From an uncultured Candidatus Rokubacteria bacterium (lineage in GTDB: Bacteria; Methylomirabilota; Methylomirabilia; Rokubacteriales; CSP1-6): 64,000 nt of DNA. The DNA lies in assembly GCA_963762145.1 (NCBI GenBank), contig CAVXJS010000007.1, forward strand, positions 344,382-408,381. The letters run 5' to 3'. The translations under genes and the position numbers were made by a program. The notes beneath the pieces are model-generated. The model was not told the DNA's origin. It did not search any database and was given only the letters and a program-made list of their open reading frames with translations. Positions 25,280 through 41,155 of the stretch are shown one piece after another (within the stretch, counting starts at the first letter, position 1; each line of letters starts with the position of its first letter).

Positions 25280-26213
25280 CCATCCCGGCCATCCCGCCAA
25301 GCTGATCGAGGACACCGCGCGGGAGCTGACCGCGCGCGCCGCGATCGACATCCCGTTCGACTACCGCGAGGGCGTGCGCCTCGCGCGAGACCGCGAGCAG
25401 AACCGCCTCGCCCGCTTCGTGCTCGACCAGATGCTCGGGAACTGGGACATCGCGAGCGCCGATCGCCGCCCGATGTGCGCGGACACCGGGCTGCCGCGCT
25501 ACTACGTGCGAGCTCGGCAACGAGGCGGTGGTCGAGGGCGGGCTGGTGGCGCTCGAGCGCGCGCTCCGGCGGGCGACCGCGGAGGCCACCCAGGCGATTC
25601 CCCTCCGCCCCAACCGCGTCCACCCGCTCACCCGGGCGGACCGCAACGACAACGTGGGCCTCCACGCCCCCGAGGTCACCTTCGCGGTGGAGCCGCGCGC
25701 GGACTGGATCGACGTGACCACCGTGCACAAGGGCGGGCTCTTCGGCAGCGACTGCCGGATGCTGTTCCCCGGCGACGGCGTGGCCGGCATCAAGCGCTTC
25801 TTCGTGGATACGCTGATCGAGTCGGGCAAGCGGGGCCTGGCCTGCCAGCCCGCGATCGTCGGCGTGGGCATCGGCGGGGCCAAGGACACCTGCGTGCGGC
25901 TCGGCAAGGAAGCGGCGTGCCTGCGCATGGTCGGCAGCCGCAATCCGGATCCGGCCGCGGCGCGCGCTGGAGGACGAGCTGACCGCGCTCGGCAACCACA
26001 TCGGCATCGGGGCCATGGGCTTCGCGGGCACGTCCATGGTGGTGGCGACCCACGTGGAGCTGGCCTACACGCACACCGGCGGCATGCCGATCGGCATCCA
26101 CCAGTTCTGCCTGTCCTCGCGGCGGGCCACCGCGCGCATCCATCCGGACGGGCGGGTGGAGTTCCGCGAGCGACCCGGGGTGGTTCACCGACTACTACCG
26201 GCGGGAGGCGTGA
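25280..26213 (+). CDS. Class I Fe-S hydro-lyase alpha subunit (TtdA/FumA-like; indels)
   Basis: RRPMCADTG, IPLRPN.VHPL, ACQPAIVGVGIGG, GIGAMGFAG and CLSSRRA motifs. Confidence 0.8.
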
Positions 26214-26272
26214 GTGAGGATCCGGAGGGTGGAGTGGGGCGTGCGCGATCGCGCCGGCTCGACGACGTCGCG

Positions 26273-26933
26273 ATGGACGAGGTGCATCTCACCACCCCGG
26301 TGTCGGCCGAGGCCATCCGCTCGCTCAAGCTGGGCGACGTGGTGTACGTGAGCGGCGCGCTCTACACCGCGCGCGAGGGCGTCTACCGTCAGGTGGTGGA
26401 CAAGGGCGATGGCGTTCCCGGACGCGGTGCGGGCGCTGACCAACGTGAACTTCCACTGCTCGCCCGCCGCGGCCACGCGGCCGGACGGCACCCACGTGGT
26501 CGAGGCCGTCACCGCCACCGCGAGCTTCCGCTTCGGCAAGTCGATGGGCCCGTGGTTCGAGCGCTCGGGCGCGCGGGTCATCGTGGGCAAGGCCGGGCTC
26601 ACCGAGCTGGCCTATCGCGAGTGGTTCGTGCCCCACGGCGCGGTCTACCTCACCACGGTGGGCTACGGCATGGGCGCGGCCTACGGGCGCGGGATCACCC
26701 GCGTGCGCGAGGTCCACTGGCTCCGCGAGCTGGGCATCGCCCAGGCGCTCTGGGTCCTCGAGGTCAACCGCCTCGGGCCCTTCCTGGTGGAGGGCGACGC
26801 GGAGGGCCGCAGCCTCTTCGCCCTCGCCAACCGCGAGATCAACCTCCGGATCGCCGAGGTCTACAAGACCCTCCCGCCCCCCGCCCTCGCCCGCTTCGGC
26901 GAAGTCCTCGCCCGCACCGACGAGGTCGTCTAG
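26273..26933 (+). CDS. Class I Fe-S hydro-lyase beta subunit (TtdB/FumB-like; one indel)
   Basis: LTTPVSAEAIRSLKLGDVVYVSGALYTAR, IVGKAG and GPFLVEGDAEGRSL motifs. Confidence 0.8.
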
Positions 26934-26934
26934 C

Positions 26935-27011
26935 GCGGGGTCAGGTCTTGAAATACGACATTTTCTCGGCCGTCTTCTCGCCGAATGTCGTAATTCAAGA
27001 CCTGACCCCGC
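26935..27011. repeat. REP-like palindrome, GGGGTCAGGTCTTG...CAAGACCTGACCCC family
   Basis: 28-bp inverted arms with 1 mismatch between convergent genes; a related copy lies at 61153-61246. Confidence 0.85.
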
Positions 27012-28251
27012 TCTTGTCGGCGGAGTCGCGGGCGGCGGCGGAGAAGATGCCGCGGGTCATGAGGGCGCGGGCGTCCGCGGCGCGGCGCTCGTAGATCTCG
27101 GCGCGGGCGGCGTGGGCGTCGCGGTGGTCGGGCCCGGCCGCGACGGCCCAGTCGATCAGGTGGGCGGCCAGCGCCAGCCGGCCCTCGGCGGCGAGCGCGC
27201 GGGCCCGCGCGATGAGGCCGTCCATGCCGCCGGCCAGCGTCACGATCTCGCGGCCCAGCTCGGCCTCCGGGGCGGGCTTGAGATGGGACGGCACGCCGTC
27301 GTACCAGCCGCCGTAGAGCCGCCAGAGATTTCGCACCACGTAGTCCGGCTCGTCGTACACCGCCTGGAGATAGCGCCGCTCGGCCAGGTGGGCCGGCGGC
27401 GCCACCGATCCCAGCACCTCCTCGAGCGTGGCGCCCGCGTTCATCAGCGCCAGCGTCTGGGTCACCAGCGCCTCGAGCCACTCCGCGGTGTCGGTGAGCG
27501 CCTGCCGCACGCGCTCGGCCCCCACGATCGGCATGCCGTGGCCGGGGATGAGCAGCTCGGCGCTGCGCGACGCCATCTCGCGCAGCGCGGCCGCCCACTC
27601 CGCGGCGTAGCGCTGAACCTTCTGGGGATTGCCCGCGTTGGGCGCGACCCAGATGAAGAGGTCCCCCGTCCAGAGGATGCGGCGCTCCGGCCACCACACC
27701 CACGTGGCATCGTCGGTCTCGCCCCGCGCGTGCTGCAGCTCGAGCGTCACGCCGTCGGTCTCGAGGCGGAGGACCTGATCGTAGACGGTGTCCGGGTAGT
27801 CATACTCGGTGGGCCACGAGGCCTGGATGGAGAACTGCCGCGCGTTGATGAGCCCGTTGTAGCCGAGGGTCGTCCGGTAGCGGTCGAAGCGCGCGGCCAC
27901 GCTCCGGTGGCCGACGATCCGGGGCCGGGCCCAGCCCTTCCCGGCCGCCTCGGCCAGGAACGGCGGCAGCCCGAAGGCGTGATCGGCGTGGCCGTGGGTG
28001 TAGATCGCCGCGTGCAGCGGCCCCGGGTCGATCGCCCGCACCGCCGCGAAGGTCCGGTCGCGGCCCACGTAGTTGGCGGTGTCCACCAGCACGAGCCCGG
28101 ACCCGGCGCGCACCACCGTCACGTTCGCGAAGGCGTGCACGAAGAAGACGCCGGGAGCGATCTCCTCGGTCGCGCCGGTGGCCTTCCAGAACTCGCGCGG
28201 CTCGACGCCGCCCGACCAGCACTGCTCGGCCCGCTCCAGGATGGCGCCCAT
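26995..28251 (-). CDS. MBL-fold hydrolase, alkyl-sulfatase-like with dimerisation domain
   Basis: YTHGHADH, HARGETDD, PNAGNPQKVQRY, PGHG and WRLYGGWYDG motifs. Confidence 0.85.
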   Translation of the reverse strand: MGAILERAEQCWSGGVEPREFWKATGATEEIAPGVFFVHAFANVTVVRAGSGLVLVDTANYVGRDRTFAAVRAIDPGPLHAAIYTHGHADHAFGLPPFLAEAAGKGWARPRIVGHRSVAARFDRYRTTLGYNGLINARQFSIQASWPTEYDYPDTVYDQVLRLETDGVTLELQHARGETDDATWVWWPERRILWTGDLFIWVAPNAGNPQKVQRYAAEWAAALREMASRSAELLIPGHGMPIVGAERVRQALTDTAEWLEALVTQTLALMNAGATLEEVLGSVAPPAHLAERRYLQAVYDEPDYVVRNLWRLYGGWYDGVPSHLKPAPEAELGREIVTLAGGMDGLIARARALAAEGRLALAAHLIDWAVAAGPDHRDAHAARAEIYERRAADARALMTRGIFSAAARDSADKSGVRS

Positions 28252-29516
28252 CAGGCCGCGCTCCAGATGTTGCGACCGCGGGTCTCGGGCGCGAGGCAGG
28301 CCGAGACGAAGGCGCCCGCGGCCAGCAGCAGGCAGAGGGCGAAGGCGGCGCGATAGGCGTCGTGGCCGTACACGCGCGCGCCCTCGACGAGCGCGCCGTC
28401 CCAGTGGCGATCGAGCACGATCCCGGTCGCCCACTGGGTCAGCCCGAAGGCGACGAACGCGGGCACGTTGTGGAAGCCGAGCGCCACGCCCACGTACCGC
28501 GGGTCGTTGACCTCGCGGATGGCCGCGAAGACCAGCACCACCACGCTCGAGCCCAGGCCGATCAGGAAGCAGGCGGCCGGCAGAAAGGTCGGCGCGGTCG
28601 GCGCGGCCGGCACGACGAGGGCGAGCCAGGTGACGACGTTCACGGCGCTGACCATGATCAGGGGAAGTCGACGACGTTTCAGCCGGTCGGAGAGCCAGCC
28701 GATCAGCGGGGCGCCCACCAGGAGGCCGAGCGCGGCCAGCCCGACCAGGTTGGCGGCCTGCACGCGCGGCAGCTCGTAGACCTGCGTGAGGTACGGCACG
28801 CCCCAGAGGCCCACGAAGGCGGCGAAGCCCCCGTAGATGCCGGCCGAGACGAGACCCAGCGTCCAGGAGTGCGGATTGACGAGCACGCCCGGTATCCCCG
28901 CGATGATCTCCCGGAGCCCCGGCTGCGGTCCGCGCGGTCGGCCGCCGGCCGGGCGCTCCGGCCGGTCGCGCACGGTGAGGAAGCACGCGACGGCCAGCAG
29001 CGCGGTGGCCACGCCGATGGTGACGAAGCCGTGGCGCCAGCCGATCTGCTCGACCAGCAGGGCGAGCGGCGTGGTGCCCGCCAGCGCGCCGATCGAGCCC
29101 ACGCTCTGCGCCGCGCCCGAGACGGTCCCGAACTCCCCGGTGGCGAACCACTCCGAGGCCAGGCGCAGCCCGGCGATGAGGATCACGGAGGCGCCCAGGC
29201 CCACGAGCAGGCGGCCGGCGAGGGCCACCCCGAACCCGGGTGCGAGCCCGAAGAGCACCGAGCCCGCGCTCATGCTGAGCCCGCCCAGGCTCAGCGTGCG
29301 GCGCGCGCCGAGGAAATCGGCGAGGCTGCCGCCCGGGAGCCCCATGGCCGCGAAGCAGTACGGGTAGATCGCGGAGAGCGCGCCCAGGGTGGCCGCGGAG
29401 ACCGCGAAGGCCGCCATCAGGTCGCCCGCCACGACCACCGGCGCGACGCGGTGGAAGTAGGAGAGGAAGTAGAGGAGGGCGGGGACGACCAGGACGCTCC
29501 AGCGCGTCGGGGTCAC
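28251..29516 (-). CDS. MFS transporter
   Basis: About 12 hydrophobic segments; YFHRVAP, GSLADFLGARR and GWLSDRLKRR motifs. Confidence 0.9.
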   Translation of the reverse strand: MTPTRWSVLVVPALLYFLSYFHRVAPVVVAGDLMAAFAVSAATLGALSAIYPYCFAAMGLPGGSLADFLGARRTLSLGGLSMSAGSVLFGLAPGFGVALAGRLLVGLGASVILIAGLRLASEWFATGEFGTVSGAAQSVGSIGALAGTTPLALLVEQIGWRHGFVTIGVATALLAVACFLTVRDRPERPAGGRPRGPQPGLREIIAGIPGVLVNPHSWTLGLVSAGIYGGFAAFVGLWGVPYLTQVYELPRVQAANLVGLAALGLLVGAPLIGWLSDRLKRRRLPLIMVSAVNVVTWLALVVPAAPTAPTFLPAACFLIGLGSSVVVLVFAAIREVNDPRYVGVALGFHNVPAFVAFGLTQWATGIVLDRHWDGALVEGARVYGHDAYRAAFALCLLLAAGAFVSACLAPETRGRNIWSAA

Positions 29517-29971
29517 TGGCCGGCCTTGCGCCAGTCCTCGATCTGCGCGCGATGCTCCTGATAGTGATGCCGGCTGTTGAGGTCCACGATCTTGTGGGCG
29601 GTCTTGCCGGGCACGTAGCGCTCCTCCGGCACCGCGGCGGCCGCCCGCATGAAGGCGGCGTGCGAGGCATCGAGCTCGGCCAGGATGTCGGCGGTGTACG
29701 CGCCCTTCTTGGCGTCCGCGAACCGGCCGTTCCAGGCGTCCACGTCCTCGTAGGACACCCCCTCGGGGACCGGGCGCTCGCCCCGGGCGATGCGCTCGAG
29801 CGCCGGCCCCATCTCGCGATGCCAGCCCGAGATGTGGGCCACGATGTCGCGCGCGCTCCAGGTCCCGAGCCAGATCTGGCGCATCCGCGCCTCGTCGAGT
29901 TCCGCGATCGCGCGCTTGAACCGGGTGAACTCGGTCTCGGCCTCGCTCAGCAGCGTCGTCTTCTCCGACAT
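29513..29971 (-). CDS. DinB/ClbS-DfsB-like four-helix bundle protein
   Basis: WSARDIVAHISGW and HYQEH motifs. Confidence 0.78.
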   Translation of the reverse strand: MSEKTTLLSEAETEFTRFKRAIAELDEARMRQIWLGTWSARDIVAHISGWHREMGPALERIARGERPVPEGVSYEDVDAWNGRFADAKKGAYTADILAELDASHAAFMRAAAAVPEERYVPGKTAHKIVDLNSRHHYQEHRAQIEDWRKAGQ

Positions 29972-29985
29972 GGCCGCGCCTCCGT

Positions 29986-30432
29986 CTAGCTGGGTGCTCC
30001 GAGCGTTCGCGGCGGGATGCGCTTGTAGAAGAGCAGCTCGCGGACGCCCTGGGGCAGGTTGTCGATGTGCCCGCTCGGCTGAAAGCCGAGCGCGCGGTGC
30101 ATCTGGATGGACACCGCGTTGGTCTCCTCGGTGGAGGAGTACAGGCGCGGGGTGGGGGACACCGCCTCCACCGACTTGAAGAACTCGCGCGCGATGCCCT
30201 TGCGGCGGAAGTCGTCCCGCACCACCACCAGGCTCACGAACGTGCACTGGAACCAGTCGCTCCGGTAGGCGAGGAAGCCCACCACCTCGCCCTCCGCCTC
30301 GGCCACGATCAGGTGATGGCGCTCGAGGTGGGAGCGGATGAACGCACCGGCGCGCTCCTCCCCGATGACGGCCGCGGCGAGGGTGCGGCAGCCGACCTCG
30401 TCGGCCACCCGGGGCAGTCGGATCTCGATCAT
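29986..30432 (-). CDS. GNAT acetyltransferase
   Basis: VRDDFRRKGIA and NAVSIQMHRALGF motifs. Confidence 0.82.
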   Translation of the reverse strand: MIEIRLPRVADEVGCRTLAAAVIGEERAGAFIRSHLERHHLIVAEAEGEVVGFLAYRSDWFQCTFVSLVVVRDDFRRKGIAREFFKSVEAVSPTPRLYSSTEETNAVSIQMHRALGFQPSGHIDNLPQGVRELLFYKRIPPRTLGAPS

Positions 30433-30469
30433 GATCGGCCGGGGCGCATGGGCCGCGACGGCCGGCGCC

Positions 30470-31165
30470 TCAGTACGTGCCGGGGCGGATCCGCTTGAAC
30501 AGCTCCTTGAGCTTGTCGGCGGTGAAGCCGGGGCTCTGGCACACCGAGATGATCTCGCGCTCGTCCGCCTCGACCTTGGCGATCGCCTCGGGGATCTTGG
30601 TGGCGATGTCCTGCGGGATCGTGCAGACCCCGTGCTGGTCCCCGTGGACCAGGTCGCCCGGCTTGATCAGCACGCCGCCGACCTTGATCGGGACGCCGAA
30701 GTCCACCATGTGGACGTTGGCGTGGGAGACCGAGACATGGGCCGCGCAGAACTGGAATCCGAGCGCGCGCACCTCGTCGAGGTCGCGCACCGAGCCGTCG
30801 GTGACCACGCCCACGCACCCGAGGGCGCGATGGATATTGGCCTGGACCTCGCCCCACTGGGCGCCCTGACCGCGCGGATCGTCCAGGTCGTGCACCACGA
30901 TCACGCGGGGCGCCGGGATGCTGAGGACGAAATCCCACCAGCCGTAGGTGCTGGCCCGGTGGCCCTCGATCGGTCCCTGCTCGGCCCGGATGACGCACGG
31001 CACCGCGTAGCCCACCATCGGCCCCATCTCGGGGAAGAGCGCGCGGATGTCCGAGGACAGGTTACCCTGCTCCCGCGGGCGAACCTTGAAGGTCTCGATG
31101 GCATTGGCGACGCTGGGACTGGTGATCTTCTTGAGCGCTTCGACCTCTTGCGTGGTGAGCGGCAC
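30470..31165 (-). CDS. RraA/HMG-aldolase family protein
   Basis: WGEV, GVVTDGSVRD and PGDLVHGDQHGV motifs; SD GGAGG. Confidence 0.87.
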   Translation of the reverse strand: MPLTTQEVEALKKITSPSVANAIETFKVRPREQGNLSSDIRALFPEMGPMVGYAVPCVIRAEQGPIEGHRASTYGWWDFVLSIPAPRVIVVHDLDDPRGQGAQWGEVQANIHRALGCVGVVTDGSVRDLDEVRALGFQFCAAHVSVSHANVHMVDFGVPIKVGGVLIKPGDLVHGDQHGVCTIPQDIATKIPEAIAKVEADEREIISVCQSPGFTADKLKELFKRIRPGTY

Positions 31166-31214
31166 GGGTGTCCTCCGTATGCGACTGGCGTGAGGGGTTG
31201 GTGACCGGGTCGGG

Positions 31215-36283
<5,069 letters not shown>

Positions 36284-36287
<4 letters not shown>

Positions 36288-36856
36288 CGCCGATCGCCGT
36301 CCGGCGCCGCGCCCGGGGTCCGCCGGGCTGGCGGCGTTGACGCGGCCGGTGCGCCGTCGCCGGGCGCCGCGGGGGCCGTGGGCGCTGGCCGCGGCTTGGC
36401 GGGGTCCTGGAGCAGCACCTCGAGCAGCCCGTCGGGCCGGGCGATGATCGCGCGATCGTCGGTGATGGACTGCACGCGGCCGCCGGCGACCACGTCGCCG
36501 ACCGAGTAGCCGAACGTACGCTTGGCCACCGGATCTTCCAGGAACGCCCGGCTCTTCGAGCCGTTCATGACCACGCCGTGGAGGAAGGGCTTCGGCCCCG
36601 CGGCGACCGCGGGGCCGGCGACGGTCTCCGAACGCGTCGGGCTGAAGAGGTTGCGGGACGCGACGACCGCGTAGGAAGCCGCGGCGGGCGGCGCCGCCGC
36701 CGGGGCCGGAGACAGCACCGGAACCGGTCGAGACGCGCGTGACGCCGAGGGAGGCGGGAGGCGGAGCGGCGTGACGAGCTCGCGGGTCATCCCGGCGGCG
36801 AAGAGGCAGCCGAGGAGCCCCACCAGCACGTTGACGGCGAGCAGGTGTCTCGACAC
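36284..36856 (-). CDS. T2SS GspC/GspN-like protein
   Basis: N-terminal TM, VASRNLFSPTR and LHGVV...YSVGD motifs; operon position. Confidence 0.65.
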
Positions 36857-36859
36857 GGG

Positions 36860-37453
36860 CTAGTCGCTCTTGGCGGTGGCGGACCTGGCGCTTGGGGCCG
36901 GGCCGGGCAGGAGGTAACCCGCGATCACGACGGTGGTGAGCAGCTCGCGCGGCTGCCCGACCGCCACCACCCGGATCTTGACGTCCTTGAGCGTGAGGAG
37001 CTGGGGGGTGCGCTCCAGGCGTGAGAGGGCGGACGCGGTGTCGCGGATGCTGCCCATGACGGCGAGCTCGATGGAAACCTCCTGGAGCCCCTGCAGATCC
37101 GATGCGGGTAGCACCCGCTCGCTCCGGACCTCGACGCTCGCGTCGCCCAGCAGCTCCTTGACGAGCTGCTGGAGCTCGGACGCGGCGAGCGGCGCGGTGG
37201 GACCCCGTAGCAGGCGCTTGGATTCGGCCGCCAGCCGCGCGTTGACAGCAGCCAGCTCCTCGGCCAGCCGCGCCTGCTGCTGGGCCTGACCGCGCCGCCG
37301 CTCGAGGATTTCCTCACGCGCGGGCACGGTAGCCTCCGCGGTGCGGGCGCGAGTCATGAGCGGCTCGACGATCGCGAGGTAGCCGCCGACCAACAAGGCG
37401 ATGGCCGCTCCGGCTCCGACTACGAGGCGCTCCCGGGGCTTCAAGGTCGGCAT
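36860..37453 (-). CDS. gspM: T2SS inner-membrane protein M
   Basis: LKPRER followed by a TM and coiled coil; operon position. Confidence 0.75.
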   Translation of the reverse strand: MPTLKPRERLVVGAGAAIALLVGGYLAIVEPLMTRARTAEATVPAREEILERRRGQAQQQARLAEELAAVNARLAAESKRLLRGPTAPLAASELQQLVKELLGDASVEVRSERVLPASDLQGLQEVSIELAVMGSIRDTASALSRLERTPQLLTLKDVKIRVVAVGQPRELLTTVVIAGYLLPGPAPSARSATAKSD

Positions 37454-37454
37454 G

Positions 37455-38786
37455 CTAGCGCTCCCGAGTCTCCCAGGCCGCCCGGAGGCGGAACTGCTCC
37501 TTGTTCTGGGTCTTGGTCACGGGCGAGGTGAACTCCACTCGCTCCAGGCGGTCCGAGGCCTCGAGCAAGGGGATCAGGGCGCTCGCCCCATCGGACTGAC
37601 CGACCAGCTCGATCCCCTGGCGGTCGAGGGTCAACCCCTGGAGCCAGGCGCCCTGCGGCAGGGTCTCGGTCAGCTCACGCAGGATGGGGAGGGCCGGGAT
37701 GCGGCCGTCCTGGGCGGCCTCGAGCGCGGCTAGGACTCGCCGCTTCTGGCCGAGCTCGCCGGCCAAGCGCTCGACCGCCTTCACCTCCGGATCCAGCCGG
37801 CGGATCTCCTGCGAAAGATGATCGAGATATCGCTCGGTTTTGATCACGTGAGTGAGAGCCAGGGCGAGGCCCAGAAGCGCCGTCACCCCGATGATCCCCA
37901 CGGTCACGAGCTGCTCGCGTGAAGGCGTCCAGAGCCGCGCCTCCGCGGGGAGCAGGTTGAGCGCGGGGGTTCGCGGCCCGACCGCGACCGCAAGCGCCAG
38001 GAGGCCGGCGCCCTGCTCCTCCGCGGCCAGAGCATCGACGAGCGACGCCCGGTCCGCGGCATACGGGGGAGCCGAGACCGGGACGCCCATGACCTCGGCC
38101 AGGTCGGCGATCTCGACGTCCGCCCCGCTCCCGGAGAGCCAGACTGCCCCGCAGTCCCTCCATCGGACGATGGACAGGCTCCGACGGATCTCCCGGGCCA
38201 GGTCCGTGGCGGTCCCGACCGTTACGCGGCGGCTCAGCAGGAGCCGGTGCTCGTCGAGGAAGAGCAGGTCGGTGGCCTCACCGTTCTGGTGGGCCCAGAC
38301 CGCCCGCGGGGCCGGTGCCTCGCGGCCCAGCAGGGCGGGCAGCTCGTGACAGGCCACGACGACCGCTGCCGCCCGTCGATGGGCCGCGGCGAGCAACCCG
38401 AGGGGTCGCTCCACCGTGCGGCGTTCGGCCGCCACGATCAGCACGTGGTGCGGCTCGTCGAGGCCGGTCGGCAGCTCCAGCCAGTCGAACCGGACCCCCT
38501 CGGCCGGGAACGGCACGTGCCGCTCCAGATCGAAGCCGATCATCGCGCCGATGTCCCTACTGGCCGCGCGCGGCAGCTCGATCGTCTTGACCACCGCCAG
38601 CCGGCGATCGAGACCCACGCGGGCGTGGCGTCCGGTGAGTCCGCGCGCCTGCAGCTCCGCGGCGAGCCTGGCCGCGGGGTCCTCCGCGCCCTCGATGACG
38701 AAGTGCTCGACCTCGCCCCGGCCGGCCATGCCGACCACGGTGATTCGGCCGTTGTCCAGGTAGAGGCCGATACGCGAGGGCATCAT
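37455..38786 (-). CDS. gspL: T2SS GspL / PilM-PilN-like protein
   Basis: ERHVPF and LNLLP motifs; PilN-like C-terminus (LRELTETLP..WL). Confidence 0.75.
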   Translation of the reverse strand: MMPSRIGLYLDNGRITVVGMAGRGEVEHFVIEGAEDPAARLAAELQARGLTGRHARVGLDRRLAVVKTIELPRAASRDIGAMIGFDLERHVPFPAEGVRFDWLELPTGLDEPHHVLIVAAERRTVERPLGLLAAAHRRAAAVVVACHELPALLGREAPAPRAVWAHQNGEATDLLFLDEHRLLLSRRVTVGTATDLAREIRRSLSIVRWRDCGAVWLSGSGADVEIADLAEVMGVPVSAPPYAADRASLVDALAAEEQGAGLLALAVAVGPRTPALNLLPAEARLWTPSREQLVTVGIIGVTALLGLALALTHVIKTERYLDHLSQEIRRLDPEVKAVERLAGELGQKRRVLAALEAAQDGRIPALPILRELTETLPQGAWLQGLTLDRQGIELVGQSDGASALIPLLEASDRLERVEFTSPVTKTQNKEQFRLRAAWETRER

Positions 38787-39723
38787 GACGCGACCCCCGG
38801 GCGCCAGGAGACGATCGTCAGATCCAGCCCGCGGCCCGGCCGGCCGCGCCGCACCACCGCGACGACCCGGCCGCGCGGGACGCCCCCCACCAGACCCTCG
38901 GCCTCGATCCGAAACGTGCTGCTTCCCACCGTGAATCCGCGTCCCGCGAACCGTCCCGGCACCGTCGGGTAGGGGGCGCGCACGCGGGTCTGCACCACGT
39001 CGGCGATCTCGGCGTCCGAGAGGCCACAGGCCTTGAGGACGAGCGGCGAGGCGGTGTTGAGGTTCACGGTGTTGGCGGTGACCGCGGTGACGAGATCGCC
39101 CAGCCCCGGGCGGCCGCTCCCTCCGAAGTAGAGCTCGGGCGTGACGCCGCGAATCTGCAGCAGCTCCGTCGCGTCCTGGAGGTTGGCGTTACGCGCGCGG
39201 TAGGGCACCGGCAGCTTCAGGTAGACTTCGCTCTCGGCGCCGTGAGCGCGGTGCAGCTCGTTGGCGTCCCGCCAGTCCTGGAGCGAATCGGCGATGACGT
39301 CGCGCTGCTGGCGGTCCACGTCGAGCACCTGCAGCAGCCGGTCGAAGCGGGAGATGTCGTTCGAGTTGAGACCGAGCCGCGCCGCCTCGTCGCTGATCCG
39401 GTAGGAGAACTGCCCGAGCCCAGCGGGACGCGCGTGCGCGGCAGCGCGGGCACCCGCGCCGGGGTGGTCTGGCCGGGCAGGGAGCGGTAGAAGACGAGCG
39501 CGCCGTCGCCGTCCACCGCGGTGACCTGAGCCTGGCTCAGGATCTCGCGAATCGCCTGGTGCACGCCGGCCTCGGCCAGGTGCTGGCCCACGACGCCGTC
39601 CCGGTATGCGCGCACCATGGAGGCCTCGAGGCGCGTGGAGTACGCCGACTCGGTGACCACCACCGCGAGCAGTGCCAGCACCAGCAGCACCACGATCAGG
39701 GCGACGCCGCGCTCGTCCCTCAT
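38783..39723 (-). CDS. gspK: T2SS minor pseudopilin K (indels near 39330-39420)
   Basis: ERGVALIVVL, LAEAGV, DWRD and ELLQIRGVT motifs. Confidence 0.85.
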
Positions 39724-40329
39724 GGCTGGTTGGCCTGGATGGCGACGGTGAGCGTCTGCTGGGTGGCGCGTGCCCCGGCGCCGCCGATCAGGGTGATCTC
39801 CACGGCCCGCGGCAGGGTCTCCTCCCTGCGTGATGTCCCACACCTCCTGCCAGGCCTCCGGCTCCTGGCCGAGGTAGCGGAACCGGATGGCGGTGGTGTG
39901 GCCGTCCACCAGCATGGGGTCCAGCCGGTCCAGCGCCACGCGGTTGGGCAGGACCTGCTGGCGCAGCGCGAGCCCGCCGTCGTCGGCGCTGAGGCGGACC
40001 GCGCTGAACGCGATCGCCGGCCCCATCGGCAACGGGGGCGAGAGCGTGGCGAAGGTCAGGCGATCGGGCCGGCCGTCGAAGAGGATGCGGGGCTCCGGCT
40101 CGGTCTCCGTGGTGACCCGGTACGGGAAGGCTCCGGCCAGGCCGTGCTCGAGCAGGACCGCCAGGCTCCGCGCGCGGTCGAGCTGCGCGATGCGCTCCTC
40201 GCCTCGCTGCCACGCGGCCAGCCCGACCCGCAGGCCGCCCGACGCGACGACGAGCAGAAGGGCCACGATGCCCAGCGCGAGGAGCAGCTCGAGGAGGGTG
40301 AAGCCCTGCGGGCGCGCGCGCGTCGTCAC
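39720..40329 (-). CDS. gspJ: T2SS minor pseudopilin J (indel near 39825)
   Basis: QGFTLLELL N-methylation motif; LPRAVEI at the C-terminus. Confidence 0.8.
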
Positions 40330-40700
40330 GGCTCCGGGTTCCCGGCGACCGCGCGCAGGCTTGCGATCTCGAGCGCGCGCGTGCCGCCCCATCTCACCGC
40401 GACCGAGAGCGAATAGAAGAGGGGCTTCGGGCCGGCGGCCGGCGTGAGCTCCTCGGGCACCGGCACGAGCGCGACGTGGCGCTCCCACTGGAACGCTCCC
40501 TCCCGGCCCGTGTCGACGCCTTCCCGCGGCACTTCCACCGCGCGTACGAGCCGATCCGCCACGAGCACCGCGTGCTGGTAATCGTCCGAGAGGCGGAGGA
40601 GGCGCAGCCCCTGGGAGGAGAGCTGCATGAGGGTGACGATGGCGAGCCCGAGGATGGTCATCGCCACCAGCACCTCGAGGAGCGTGAAGCCGCTCTTCAC
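40326..40700 (-). CDS. gspI: T2SS minor pseudopilin I
   Basis: GFTLLEVLVAMTI. Confidence 0.8.
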   Translation of the reverse strand: MKSGFTLLEVLVAMTILGLAIVTLMQLSSQGLRLLRLSDDYQHAVLVADRLVRAVEVPREGVDTGREGAFQWERHVALVPVPEELTPAAGPKPLFYSLSVAVRWGGTRALEIASLRAVAGNPEP

Positions 40701-41155
40701 CGCGCCGCCCGCTGCGTGGTCACGCGCCCGGTGAGCGCGTCCACCGTGATCACGTACGCGCGCGGCCCCGCCGTCTCGATCCCGAAGCGCGCGCCGCTCG
40801 ACATGCCGTGGGGCAGGAACGTGACGCCCGGGGAGTGTGCGCCGCCCTCGACGCGCAGGAGCGCGGAGAAGGTCTGGCGCGTCGGCGCCGCCGGCTGGCC
40901 GTCGCGGGCGGCGCGCTGGAGCCGGAGCCCGCGCGCGTCGCGATCCACGACCACCTCCAGCGCCTGCCCGCGCGTGACGGCCTGCTCGCGCGCCGAGCGC
41001 AGGAAGGCCGCCACCGAGGCGACCTCGGCGCGGGCCCGCACCTCGTCGGTGGCGCGGCCGACCGCGGGGATCGCGAGCGCGGTGGCCACGGCCAGGATGG
41101 CGACGACCACCATGAGCTCCATGAGGGAGTAGCCCGCCATCCGTGGCCGATTCAC
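40697..41155 (-). CDS. gspH: T2SS minor pseudopilin H
   Basis: GYSLMELMVV, AREQAV and FLPHGMSSG motifs. Confidence 0.8.
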   Translation of the reverse strand: MNRPRMAGYSLMELMVVVAILAVATALAIPAVGRATDEVRARAEVASVAAFLRSAREQAVTRGQALEVVVDRDARGLRLQRAARDGQPAAPTRQTFSALLRVEGGAHSPGVTFLPHGMSSGARFGIETAGPRAYVITVDALTGRVTTQRAAR

